Source: Galemys pyrenaicus (lineage: Eukaryota). From it: a stretch of DNA of 21,252 bases. A program made the position numbers and the translations under genes. The notes beneath the pieces are model-generated. The model saw only the letters and a list, made by a program, of their open reading frames with translations, was not told where the DNA came from and did not search any database. This document shows positions 1 to 11,816 of the stretch, piece after piece (within the stretch, counting starts at the first letter, position 1; each line of letters opens with the position of its first letter). Where the stretch lies: assembly GCA_019455555.1 (NCBI GenBank), contig JAGFMF010011768.1:13991418-14012669 (forward strand), written 5' to 3'.

Positions 1-215
1 AGGCAGATCAACAGAAGTACACTGCTGAGAGGAGCAGCGGGCACAGCAGGAGAGGTCTGCCACACCATGTGGGTCCCCACCCTGGCCGGCAGCAGGGATC
101 GAACTTGCGCTGCAGTGGCTGCGATTTGCTTCGTAGTGCGTTGCTTAACCCACTGCGCCACCAGGGGAGGCCCCGTGGCTTAACCTCTTGCACCACCAGG
201 GAGGCCCTGAACTTC
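1..215 (-). mobile_element. tRNA-derived SINE in minus orientation. The head is partly duplicated (CCCTGGTGG..CAGTGGGTTAAG motif) and the copy may be cut by the window edge.
   Basis: The reverse complement reads GGCCTCCCTGGTGGCGCAGTGGGTTAAGCAACGC...GTTCGATCCCTG...GACCCACATGGTGTGGCAGACCTCTCCTGCTG...CAGCAGTGTACTTCTGTTGATCTGCCT. This contains tRNA-like A and B boxes. It shares its 3' body with the element at 3693-3920. Confidence 0.6.
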
Positions 216-2127
216 CAAACATCACAGGAAATTATACAACAGTTAAAATAGATAAGATATAGGTACCAATACGCAAGTTTTTGAAATGCACCAGCAAATG
301 ACGCCACAGCCCTCAGGCAAACAGCTCAGAGACACTTCTATACTGATACACAGATAGATCTAGAAATGTACACCCCAGATGGGTGACAGATAATTCTGGG
401 GAGCAGGGAGTAAATATTGGCGGTAGAAGTCAGGACTTTCTAGCCTTACGAATGCATTCCTTAGAAAGGCTTGAATGTGAATGCCCCCAGAGCCAGAACA
501 CAGAGAAGAGGGGGACACACTTGCTGGCCAAGAGCGGAGCAGCAGCAACGGAAAGAGAAGCTGGGGTGCGGGGGGGACAGGTCTCAAAGCACAGAAAGAT
601 GAGCCAGGTTCCCGGGTCCACAAACCCAGATCTTGCCAGATGGTCCCAACCTCTAAGTAGGGGACCACGCTATTCCAGAGTGAGAGGGTGGCGAGGGAGG
701 AGCATTCGGAGGTACACGGGGCCAACGGAGAAAGCCGGTTAGGAAGGAAGGGAACACTTAACCCAGAAGTTCCTAATAGCGCGGAGGTAGAGCGGGCCAC
801 CTCGCGGGTGTTCTAGCAGAAACGCCCTCCTGCCTGTGGGCATGGAAAGGGCAGAGCTAACACGGATTCAGGATCAGGTTTTGTGCAGATCCAGTGCGCA
901 GGGGGAAGGAGGTGTTAAGAGCAGGTTCAGCCGGGGAAGAAAAGATCAGATGAGAATCCAAGACAGGAGAGAAGGTGGGGTCAAAAGGCCTGAGGGGACA
1001 TGATGGAGAGGAAGGGGCAGGTGGGAGGTGAGCCCAGTGGGAAGTGGGCATGTTCCTGGGGGGCCAGGACAGAAGAGGTGCAGGTGAGAGTGGAGGTCAC
1101 ACAGGCTGAGCTGTTCCTGCTAGAACATTTCTGAGGCTCCTAGGAGAGGCGGCCGGGTGGGGCAGCGGAGGCCTGGGACAGGTGCACCAGCCCTCAGTGA
1201 AGAGGGGAGAGCGTGCGGTCAGAGGAAGTGCGTGCTTCCAAGGAGGAATGTTGCCTGGTGGTGAGAGAGGCCCGCCCTCCTGCCCTGGAGCACATGGGGT
1301 TTGAGAATGAGCCCTGGGGGGCAAGAGGGGGAGAGCAGGGATGAGAGCAAGGCAGGAATGAGGAGCAGTCTGCACCCTAGGGAGCTCTTAAATACGGGTG
1401 CCCAGCTAGGCCCCAATGCTCCCCACCCAGAGGCAGGGCTGAAGTATAAGTCAGATGTGAGTGACGTTTATCTCAGAAATTTTCAGAATTAAAGCTCGCG
1501 AGACTAGTACAAAATTCCCCTACATGCTACAATTGGATTCCTTGAGAGGCTGACATTTTAATCACTGTTCCTCACTTCTTATCTCTGCACACACATGCTT
1601 TCTCCCCAGAGCGCTCACGCCCAAGTGGACGGGACGTCTTAAAGCATGTCAGGAGGAGCTGCTTCCAGGATCTGCAGCACCGCAGCAAAGGGACCCAGAG
1701 TGAAGCGAAATAAGACAAGGAAGCGATGATAGAACAGTTCAGGAAACAGAAGTGGGGCACCTGCCCCATGGCTCCCCAGGCCTCGGTCGCAGCCATCTCG
1801 GCCTGACCCACCGCGCCCACGTGGCCGGCACTGCCTACCGGTGTCCGGCTCCGGCCAAGTGACTGAAGCACTTACTCTTGGCACAGTCATTTAGCGCCAG
1901 ACTCTGCAGCCCGGCAGAAAGGGGGCAAGGTGGTCGACGCCTCTCAAAGGAGCGACAAGACTGCTGTGAGCACATGTTTGAAGGGAGGTGAGTGGCGCGG
2001 AGAAGAGGAAACTTTACCCCTGGGGAGAACCAGCAAGTGTCACCCCCACACTCTCCTCCAGAAGACAATGTGGAGCGCGAGAACAGGGGGCAGGACAGGT
2101 AGAGCGGGGCACAGGGGAATGCATTAC

Positions 2128-2323
2128 CTTTTCTAGAACCTCCCCTGGGTACAAAGGAAAGGGCTCTTGAGCCAGCCGGATCTCCTGGTCCGCATGGCGG
2201 AGCCGCACTTGCCCCGTGGTATCGAACAGCACTGAGCCCTGGTCGTCCCGGGTCACGGGGTTGGCCACGACGCAATAGTGGCGTGGGGGGACCGTCACCA
2301 TGCGCACGGGGGCGAACAGGATC
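2128..2323 (-). CDS. MVP: Major vault protein, coding exon 3 ([23 protein letters not shown]...[10 protein letters not shown]). It is bounded by a CAG acceptor and a GTAATG donor.
   Basis: The translation matches human MVP residues ~42-107 ([17 protein letters not shown]...GEVLEK). The acceptor is ctctccaccag|G and the donor is AAG|gtaatg. Confidence 0.85.
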
Positions 2324-2487
2324 CTGGTGGAGAGAAGCTGTGTGGACTGGGGCCCTCCCCTGCCTCTCTCGGCCCACAGGACGCAGCGACTGGGAGAAAG
2401 CTGACCGCAGCGAGAGCCGTCCGGCTTGGGAGCAGGAGGGACAGCTCACGCCAGCCAGGCGAGCAGGCCGCCCAGCCCGACACCCAC

Positions 2488-2612
2488 CTCTCATTGTCCT
2501 GCCGGATGAACGTCTTGGGCCCAACCTCCACGTGGGACACGTTGCTGTTCTGGTCCAGCACATGGATGTAGTGGTATGGGGGGATGCGGATGATGGACGC
2601 TTCAGTCTCCAT
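2488..2612 (-). CDS. MVP: Major vault protein, first coding exon. The ATG is at 2612-2610 in a gccATGG Kozak context ([41 protein letters not shown], with the R codon split across the junction). The exon probably begins at the acceptor at 2620.
   Basis: The translation matches the human MVP N-terminus ([42 protein letters not shown]). The donor is AG|gtgggt. Later MVP exons lie beyond window position 1. Confidence 0.85.
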
Positions 2613-3692
2613 GGCAACTCCTGAGCCCAGGGCAGCATCCAGGGTGACAAACAGGTGGGGAGAAGATACCACCAGATAGCACAGGTCTGCGGTGAAGCAG
2701 GCAGTGGGGTGGGTGGCTCAGCTCTCCAGTTCAGGTGACGCTGCCACCGTCACTGCCCTCATACCCTCCCCCTTTCTCCCTTCTCCCAGCCCCAGGCTAT
2801 GCAGCCCAATCAGACCTCAGCCCTGAAGAAACTGCCCACAAAAGCCTGGAAGTTTTGCCTCATTGCCATCCACTTCACCTCCCTTTCCCTGCCTGAAGCA
2901 GAAGGGACTTGAGAGCAAAGCTTTCGCAGTCTCCAAGCCCACACGAGGAGGCAGAAGTACATGCAGCTGGGAGGGTGGGCGCGAGGCCTTCAGCACAGGG
3001 AAAGGAATCACTGTGGGGAGTGAGCCGACTCCTCCAAGGGCAGGCTCCTTTATTCAGGGGATCCCAAGGGCCCAGCTATAGTCAAAGGCTCGCCATAGGT
3101 CAGGAATATTTACAATCTCTGATGCCCTCCCGCCTCGACTCTGCTTGAAGCAATCCTGGGGCAAACTGTTCAGACCGACACCTCTCTCAAGGAAGGGATC
3201 CTGAGCGAACAGCGACTTCGTAGAACCAGCCGGATGAGAAACACCAATTACTCTAGGCCTTTCCTCCCCATCTCTCTCTGGTCTATAGCCGCCTCCGTTC
3301 TCTGGTGGCACAGGCAAGGGGTGGGGGTAGGAGCAGAATACTCTACTTCAACCACGCCCAGGACAGCTGCTTCTGAGTCTGGGTGAGTCCATTCGCCAGT
3401 CCAGTGCTCACTTAGTTCAGGAGCGCCACACCTTCTACCTAAACCCCAACCCTCCATATCCCTTTGTCTCATGCAAAGTGAACGATTTTACTAGGCTTAA
3501 AGCCTCCCTGTGACTTCAGGCGGATTATTTTTGAAACCATCACCAGGAAGGAGTGGTGCCTCATCCACTCCACTATTCACCCAGCTCCAACCGGGTCAAG
3601 AATGGAAGTGAGGAAGGAGAGTGGTTTGGCACAGGAGAAACAGGGGCCACAAATTCGTCAGAGGCCTGACAGTTTTACTTGAGGGCCTCCCT

Positions 3693-3920
3693 GGCAGCCC
3701 AGGGGTTAGCTCTCAGTGCCAGCACCACTACAGCCTGAGTTTGATCCCTGGCCAGGGAGGTGACCCACATGGCGCAGCAGACCTCTCCTGTCTCCCCTCT
3801 GCTCCCCTCAGCAGTCTATTTCAGTCAATCTGCCTGTCCTGCTCCCCACACTGTCTCTGGTGAATCCTCTCACTTCCACACCTCTGGCCTACAGCCCAGT
3901 CCTTCTATGCAAAAATAAAA
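3693..3920 (+). mobile_element. tRNA-derived SINE of the same family as the element at 1-215, in plus orientation with an A-rich tail.
   Basis: The sequence reads GGCCTCCCTGGCAGCCCAGGGGTTAGC...GAGTTTGATCCCTGGCCAGGGAGGTGACCCACATGGCGCAGCAGACCTCTCCTGTCTCCCCTCTGCTCCCCTCAGCAGTCTATTTCAGTCAATCTGCCT and then ...gcaaaaataaaaag. This is near-identical to the reverse complement of positions 1-110. Confidence 0.6.
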
Positions 3921-4686
3921 AGTTTTACTTGACTCACACAATCTATAAGATTTCAATTATTTTGTTAACAAGTTGAGTGTCCACAAACTCCAAATTCTTG
4001 TTTCTTTTGAAGAATTAGGAGACCGGGTTGTATATTTCCATGTGGCAAAATTGGCAAAAGTTAAGCAGCAGCAGGGCCATTTGGTGGGACACAAGCTTTC
4101 CTGCTTACTAGTCTCCACCACTCCTTATTGTCTCACCACAGGGGCCCTACATTCACGTCACCTGCCTGGCTCCTGTTTAAAGCTTTTACTGTTTAAACCT
4201 TTAACTCAGCATTGTCCCACAGGGCAGTGCTGGTGATAGGCTAACTCTGCGTTGTCTTTGGAAGGGCCACACATAGCAGCCAAACACTTGGAAAGTGGCT
4301 AGAATGACCATGGGACTCAATTTCTACTGGCCAGCTTGGCCGGTGACCCTCACTGAGATAGCAGTGCTAAGTAGCTGAGACCCTGGCAGGGACAAGGAGG
4401 CATTCGAGGCCACACAACAAGTCAGTCATCGGCACTTATCAGGATGAGAATCCACCCTGCACTTCTCTGGTGATGCAGTACACTGCGGGCTGGGGGGAGA
4501 CAGGCTGTGGATGTAAATAAGCCCAGGCCATCTGGCTACAGTTCCACTTGCCATTTTCCTACTTCTGTGTTTCCTCCATTCTGCTGCCCTTCCTCATTGT
4601 GAAAGAGGTTACAGTTTTGACCGTTTTCCTGGTACACTTTTATCTTGTAACTTTGTATAGGATTTGACCTTGATACTTCTCTGGTC

Positions 4687-4717
<31 letters not shown>

Positions 4718-4718
4718 G
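4687..4718. repeat. (TG)n dinucleotide microsatellite of ~15 units, within MVP intron 1.
   Basis: A direct read gives gtgtgtgtgtgtgtgtgtgtgtgtgcgtgtg. Confidence 0.95.
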
Positions 4719-5539
4719 TTTCTTTGGCTTTTCTAACACCAGAGTGCCCTCTTCTGTGGTGTTTCCATAGTGTTCAAAACACTGAACTGGCTTTATTCTC
4801 CTCCCACTCTCATCTGACCCCTCTCCTTCCTCTCTACTGCCCCATCCTGCTCACCCCAAGTCACTCCCAGCCACGGGTCCCTGCATCTAGTTCTAGCCCT
4901 CACTGGATAGGCGATCTCAGACAAACCCCTCAGCCTCCCTATGCCCTTTTCCTGAGCTATGAACTGGGACTGGGTCAGGCTCCTCCCCTCTGCACCACCT
5001 ATCAAAGGGCTGAGTTAATCATCAAGCACTAGGAACAGACTCCTCCAGTGGCTCTGGCTCTGCGTGTGGCTGCCAAGGCAGGGCATAGCCTGAGGCCCAG
5101 CTTCCCTCTCCTGTGAGGGTCCCTGTTTACCAGACACCTTCACCTTGGCCCCCACTTGTTTACTGATCAGGAAAGTGACAAGTCTTATGTCACCCCAGCT
5201 GTGGATTAAACAGCAAAGAAGGGGTACCTGACAGCCAGGTGAGGTCTTTTTTCCAGATGCTCCTTTGCCAGATTCTCTGCAGGGTGGAAGCCTGGCCAGG
5301 AAGCCAGATGGGGCTGGAGGAAGGGCTAAGAGTGCAGCCGGAGGTATGCACAGGGCTCTGCGGGGTCCCACAGGAAGATCTGAATTGCAGAAGGCTGTGT
5401 AGACTGGAAGCAGGCCCTGGGAGCAGTCTCCAAAGGCTTCTAGTTGGACAACCCCCTACCCCCTACAGCTAAGGCCTCTCCACCATCTGTCACTCCAGCT
5501 GGGTCCAATCAGGGGGGCTGAGAGCCTCGCCCAGCTTAG

Positions 5540-5555
5540 TGACTCAGCTGAGTCA
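5540..5555. promoter_or_regulatory. Perfect 16-bp palindrome TGACTCAGCTGAGTCA. It holds two inverted AP-1/TRE heptamers and an ARE/NF-E2 (MARE) core. It lies in MVP intron 1.
   Basis: The sequence is exactly gTGACTCAGCtgagtcat. It matches the ARE core RTGACnnnGC and the NF-E2 site GCTGAGTCAT. Confidence 0.4.
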
Positions 5556-8354
5556 TCCTTAGTCAAGCTGATGGGGCTGGCATGGGCCCAAGGCCAGGCC
5601 CAGGGCGATTACCCTCACTTCAGTACCAGGCTCATGTTACCTCCGGACTGCCCACCTACGTGCCCTCAAACTACCTTCCACCTCGACCACCTGCCAAGTT
5701 CACCCAAGAACAGCTTTACCTGTCTTAACATCCACACAAATGACTCAACCCCCATCTCGCAGTGGCCCTGGGAAACCATTTGACTCAGGCAGTTTATTTG
5801 TAACGCGCCTCAGATTTACTTTGGAAGCAAAATGCTCTGATTGTACACGTCACCTGGGAAACCACCAACCTAAGAGGACCCCATCAGGCAGTGGTTAAGG
5901 ATTGTGCTGCCCTTTGAAAGGGCTTGCCCAGCCTTGGATTTAGCCCCAACACCTCGAACCCACCCGGACCTCCCTTCAGTGCCTGCACCTAGCTCTACCT
6001 CTAACTCTTCGCTGGGCCTAATTTTCATGATGTTTCTCCAAGAACCAGTCCACTTTCACCCAAAGTCCCAGAGACCTGCGTTCACCCCGCCTCCCCCACA
6101 CAAAGAAGGGAGGGGTTATGGGTGAAGATGACAAAGATAGCCTTGGAGAAACTGAGGAGTTCCTCTAGTTAGAAGGTGGTTTCTGACCCACATCTTGGCT
6201 CATGACTTGTTACAGAGTAATAAATGAGTCATAAGTAACCTTATCAGAGATGGATGATCTGGGAGCGTCTGATAGTGAATTGTAAATGGCAGATGCCAAA
6301 ATGACCACTCCACTGCGCTGATCTACAGGGAGCGTCGCATCACCTGGGAGCTGGCTGGTAACTCACTCAGGCCCCAGCGAAGCGGTGTGTTGGCATTTTA
6401 ACTAGACCCCCAGTGACTGGTGCGTACAGAAACCTCGGCACTCTGTTCTAAAGGGCCCACCGGCCGCCCGGGTCCTAGCCTTACATTAGAATCACCTGAG
6501 GTCTCTTCCACCCATGATTTGGGGCCTGATTTAATGGTCTAGGGTGGAGGTCCGTACACTGCTATATTTAAAAGCTCTCTGGTTGACAAGCATGTAACCA
6601 GGACTGAGTGTCGCTGTCATCGTGTTGGGCCACCTGCTAGCCTCCGTGTTTCCTGGGTTAAAAGGATTGTCGCTAATGCACAGGAGCTCAGCCTCTCTCA
6701 TGGAGGCAAGGAGGAACAGGAGCTCCTGAAGGGCAGGGAGTCCTCCACTCCTCCCCCAGTCCAGTTCAGTCCCAGAAGCCCCTTAGCCAAATTAAATCCC
6801 TGGCAGTCCTGAAGTGAAGGGCAGGGGTAGACTCAGCCTTGCCAGCGCTGCCTCTGCCAACCTTAGGTTTAGGAAAATGCACACGGGCTCAATGTAAGTG
6901 GGGGCTCATTTTCAGAGTTTCCCCTCACTGATTTTAAACATTCTAGTTTTTGGAGAATTACTCAGAAACTGCAGAGACTATTTTAACCACTAACTTCCGG
7001 GTTTAGGGAAATTACTTTCTGCCATAGGAAACCAGTGGAAATTGTCACATAAAACATTTCAGCTGCAAGGCTTCAGGAACTTTTTAGAACAATCTTCTCT
7101 GAGCTCCAGCTCTTGCAGAGCAAGAGCAGTAGCCCAGCAGCCTCTCAGAGGGTAAAGCAGCTGCCAGCTCCTCTCTCTCCAGATGCTGCCAATTCTGGCC
7201 ATCAATTTAGAGGGTCACCTGTACCAGAAATGACCCACACCAGGCTCCAGATCAATGTTTTCCAAAGTCACAGGACTCAGCTGGGAGTGCTGGTCTTGTT
7301 CATGCAGATTCCTAGGCCTCATCCCAGACCCCACACCAAGGTTTCCGGGAGAGAAACTGGTTGAACAGACCTGCATTCCTAAATAATGGGTTCCATTTAT
7401 AAAGAACTTCATCTGTGTAAGAAAAGGTGTCCGGTGCCTTTACTTATTTAAATCCTCACAAGCTAGAAGGAACTCAGGAAGATACTCAAGGTCAGAGGAC
7501 AGAGCCAGAATTAATTCTACCCCAGGGCTTGTGAGTGCAGAGTCCCCAAAGCAGGAGGCAGATGTAAAGTCTAAACCTAGAACAAGGACTTAACTTGGGT
7601 GGGGCCGGTGTCCCTAGGAGATAGCGCCAAACGCTGGTTCAAAGGTGAGCTTTTTCTGTAGCCTGGGAAGGTGGGACCCAGCAGGGAGGTCTGAATATTC
7701 AGTGTAACCCTGAGCCCTCACACCTAGCTGAGTGACCCCACTTACACACCCTGCCCAGAAAGTACTACTCAGGACAGGCCCTGTGTATGTACCAAGGGTG
7801 GAAACAGAGATTTCAGGAAGTCAACTGTCACCCTCATAATAACCAGTTTCCCCCACAGCCCAGGGGCCCACCCAGTGTGGAGCAGAGCACATGGAATATC
7901 TGCCTCAGATACCAACCATCGTCCTCCCCGCTACTGCTTCCCCTTTGAGCGCCAGCATCAGGGCTGGGCAGTTAGACTATTTATTCTTCCTGGATCTCAC
8001 TTCCCCCTCTCAGAGAAAAAAAGTTTTTGCTCACGAAACTCCAGTCTTCTGGAAACCGAACTACCCTCAGATGTTTCCACTACGGCCCCATTCTGAGTAG
8101 GACAGCAGGAAAACTTCGTTCAGCAGAGTGGAGGGGTCTCAATGGGGACAAATCACATTTTAGGAGCCCAGTGAGACAGATCACACCCAGCTGGGGAGCA
8201 GGGAAGGGAACGGAAATTGAGCACAGAAGTCCCCTTAAGATTCCTCTGCTCTTCCTTCTGATGTAGAACCTTGAAGTCAGAGGGGCCTGAGATTTGTGGG
8301 GAGGGATTAGCAGGACGATAAATTGACTTGCCTTTGTTTTGAAACCCAGGTTAT

Positions 8355-8367
8355 AAAAAAAAAAAAA
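8355..8367. repeat. A13 homopolymer with an A-rich flank.
   Basis: A direct read gives ttataaaaaaaaaaaaacaacttcaaaaaagaaagc. Confidence 0.9.
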
Positions 8368-8951
8368 CAACTTCAAAAAAGAAAGCAAAACCTCCCAAGG
8401 CCAAGTCTCTACCTATCTTCTCCCCATTCTGGCTCAGAGCAGTCTTACCGGTCCCAGCAGAAGCAAGGCCCTAGAAGGCAGGACAGAGCCAGAGCCTGGA
8501 GAGGCACGAGGTCACGCCGCTGGTTTTGGGCTTGGGGGCCAGTATGGAGTGCTCACATCCAAAAGCGCTTCTCGATCTGCCCACAACAGACACCTCAGGC
8601 CGGCAACTCCCTCACACAGCCCAGAGGATCACTTCCCGGCAGGCCCAGGGGTGGGGCTTGGGCATTTAAAGGGCCCTGGTGTTCATTTGCGGAGGTTCAA
8701 CCACAGCTGTAGGCACTGACCCTAGAGCCAAGCTCAGAGGAACTCCCGCCTCAGGGCCAGCTGGCATCTCAGGAACCAGGCTGGGAAGGTCAGGCCCGAT
8801 ACAGGGGCCCGGCTGCTGCGTGAGTTTCCCTTTGCTTTAATTTCCCAATCTGGTTTTAATTTCCCACCTGGATGAACACAATTCTGCCTCTTCACAACTG
8901 TTTCTGCTCTAGCTGTAGTGCCTCCCCTGAGAGAATATTAATTTTGTATTA

Positions 8952-8957
8952 TTTATT
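8952..8957 (-). promoter_or_regulatory. PAGR1: Candidate PAGR1 polyadenylation signal (AATAAA on the minus strand), ~190 nt downstream of the stop codon.
   Basis: tttatt on the plus strand is the first canonical hexamer downstream of the PAGR1 stop at 9145. Confidence 0.4.
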
Positions 8958-9144
8958 TTAGATTCACAAAATTTAGCCCAGGTCGCCAGTCAACAGAAAA
9001 CATGAACACACACACTGTTCTCTTTTTTGCAAGCAGTGTTGGAGGTGGAATTTCTCTCCTCTTCCCACGTTTTCCAGCACCTTGGGTTAGGGCAGGAGGC
9101 CTGCCCCAGCAGGTACACGCGCTGCACCCTAAAGGCAGCAGCAG

Positions 9145-9393
<249 letters not shown>

Positions 9394-10389
9394 TCACCAG
9401 ACCTGTCTGAAGAGTACCAATCAGCTGGGGGTTTGTTAAACATGCAGATTCCCAAGCCTCTGTGATGTAGGTTCTGAAGTTTAGCCTTGGGCCTTCAGAT
9501 GGGGTGTGCAGTGAAGTTCTGAAGAAATGAGAAAAGAATGTGAAGAGAAAGGTAGGCAGGGGAAATGCAAGTGCAAAGGTCCAGGGGCAAGAATGACAAG
9601 ATCTGCCAAGAGTGTAGAGTTTGGGCAGAAATGAAAGAGGCCAAAGAAGTGACTTACAGGTGACAATAAGGAGTTTGGATTTCTTATTTGAGATGGAAAT
9701 TCTTTGGAAATATTTTTGAGGGAGAGGGTTTGGATTATCTCTCAATGTGCTCTCTCCTGTCCCTCTCTCCCACTTCCAGCAATGCAATCCTTTGGGGGAT
9801 TTTAAGCAGAAGTAACAAAATTTAAACTTTAAATGGATAATTCTAACTGCTGAGATTGGACACAAGGAAACAACCTGGAGATACTACAACTACCTTGAGA
9901 TACTACAACTACCCAGGAACAAATTGATGACTTGGATGCTGCTGTGGTGCTGAAGGTAGAGTAGCAGATGAAGTTGGGAATGTGGAAGCAGAGCTAAGAT
10001 AACATGCGCTGGCTTGAACACTGCGGTAAGAGAACAAGAAATTAAGAATGGCCTCACAGGTGAATTCCAGAAAGGCATATGAGGTGGGAAATTGGGTCTA
10101 ATTAGATGTATACCATCTAGCACTGTGGATCTCAAATATGATGAATGACTGGGAAGATCTGGACATCTGGGGAGATGGAGATGAACGATGGGCAGCGTGA
10201 CAGAATTGTGTGTGATAGTCTTTTAGAAGATGCCTGTCAATCTACCCTGGAGGATGGCATCACTGGGTGAATGCGACAAGCTGTGTCAACCAAGGCATCA
10301 AATACAGGCCTCTTTTAAGGAGTCACTTTTTGAGTAGTGGGAGCAGTGACCCTTCACTCCCCCTTGCCATTCTTCCCTCTTATCTGTAC

Positions 10390-10472
10390 CTGGGGTGCGC
10401 CGCCGGTCAATCAGGGAGTCCTTTGGTGTCATTGGCTCATCATCAAAATCAAATTCTGTGGGCATGTGCGGC
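10390..10472 (-). CDS. PAGR1: PAGR1 coding exon 2 ((K)[27 protein letters not shown](G)).
   Basis: It matches human [28 protein letters not shown]. The acceptor is tgtcccag|G and the donor is CCAG|gtacag. The phases join exon 1 (AA|G) and exon 3 (G|GA). Confidence 0.85.
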
Positions 10473-10676
10473 CTGGGACAGGTGGACAGAGATGGAAAGG
10501 TGAGGGTAATCCCCCCCAACACCAGCACAGGTGCTTCTCCCAGCCTGCCTGTACCGCTCCTGCTCCCCTCCCTCCTTCCCTCCACTTTCCATGCTTCTCA
10601 GATCCACCTCCTCTCTCGCCTTCCCCCTGGGTCAGGGAAGCAGCCCGAGGGACAAGGTGGAAGGGTGTTCCCTCAC

Positions 10677-11158
10677 TTTTCCTCTTCTTCTTCTTTGGCC
10701 TCCGGCTCCTCATCTGATCTCTCCTCTTCGCTCTGAGCCTCAGGCGTGGGTGGCCGGCGGGGCAGGATCTCGGCTTGAAGTTCCAGGGTCCCGTGGGCAG
10801 CCAGTAGTTCATAGAGCCGCTGGATTTCGGAGGGAGGGGGCATCCAGGACTGCCCGTCTGCGGGCAGTTCCACTTCCTCATCGCTGCAGGGCACGCACCA
10901 GTCCTCGGATTCTCCCTTGGCATGCTCTTCCCCCTCAGCGCGGGGGGCTTCTACCTGCACCTCCTCGGCCCCCGGCCCCTCAGGCTCGGCCTCCTCCCGG
11001 TCTCCTTCTCCCTCTTCCTCGGCTTTATTGGCCGCAGCAGAGGGGCCTCCGGTATCCTCCACCGCCAGGGCTTGGAGGCCGGAGGTCACTTCCCCTTCTT
11101 CAGACAGAGGCACCGCTGTGGTGGCCGCAATGTCTCCATGACCCCGGACAAGGGACAT
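10677..11158 (-). CDS. PAGR1: PAGR1 coding exon 1 with the ATG at 11158 ([38 protein letters not shown]...[75 protein letters not shown]). It is a Glu-rich acidic exon.
   Basis: There is near-full-length identity to human PAGR1 exon 1. The donor is GAA AA|gtgagg. The TGA that ends the track ORF is part of this donor. Confidence 0.88.
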
Positions 11159-11800
11159 AGGCCACTAGGGAAGGGGCCCTGCGATGACAGGTGATGCGGG
11201 AGTGAAGCCGCGGGCCTCCACCCCGCCCTCCCCAAGGGTTTAGGGAATGTCTCTCCAACCAATCAGGCTCCGGCAGCGGTCCCTGCGCCCAGACCGCCGG
11301 TTCCCAGGAGGGGGCGCTCAGTCCCCTCCAAGGACCCGGCCCCGCGGGTCGCGATTCGGTACTCTGATGTTCCCTCCTGGAGACTGCAGAAACCACTTTC
11401 CGGGTCGGAGGGGGGCGGACCCGCTCTTCTCCCCTTCACACCGCCCCTCTCCACACCTGGACCCGGCGGCCTCTCCCCACACGTCGCAGTTCCGCCACCT
11501 CCGCCGCCGTACGCACCTGGAGCTAAGACCCGCCTCCCGGGCTGCGCAGGGTCACAGTACGCAGGCGCAAAGAGAAGGCGCGGGAGGCTCCGCTCTAGTC
11601 AAAGCTACTTGGAAGAGGAAAGCAAGGGAAGGCTTGCACATGCGCAGGTAGGCGTTCGGGCATACTATGCTTCGACCCACAATAAAGATGGCCACCAGGC
11701 TGGCGCATGCGCAGCCCACCCAGTAGGGTCTGCCGGAAAGTAGGCAGTACCGCGGCGCCGCGGCGCACCGAGGCAAGGACCAACTGAGGCTGAAGGCGAG
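10700..11800. promoter_or_regulatory. PAGR1: CpG island covering PAGR1 exon 1 and its promoter. It contains the NRF-1 palindrome GCGCATGCGC (11703-11714), the related cacATGCGCAg (11637-11647), a YY1-like AAGATGGCC motif and the CCGCGGCGCCGCGG palindrome (11752-11765).
   Basis: There is a high CpG density, and the motifs were read directly from the sequence. Confidence 0.55.
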
Positions 11801-11816
11801 TCTCATGCAGTCTGCG

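Noticed and set aside
1835-2650. 271-aa minus-strand ORF overlapping MVP exons 2-3
   Set aside because: It is in the wrong frame relative to the MVP exons and spans the intron. It is Pro/Arg/Ser-rich with no protein-like composition. It is a GC-rich read-through artefact.
6290-6560. Segments such as 'cattagaatcacctgag', 'gcattttaactag' and 'catgcagattcc' (also at 7290-7330 and 9430-9470)
   Set aside because: These are probably fragments of an ancient interspersed repeat common in mammalian genomes. I cannot assign a family or boundaries without RepeatMasker, and they carry no functional signal.
10531-11160. 209-aa plus-strand ORF, and the ORFs at 10337-10736 and 10429-10923
   Set aside because: They are antisense to or overlap PAGR1 exon 1 in a CpG island. 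They are proline-rich translations of a GC-rich sequence with no stops. The real gene is the minus-strand PAGR1 exon.
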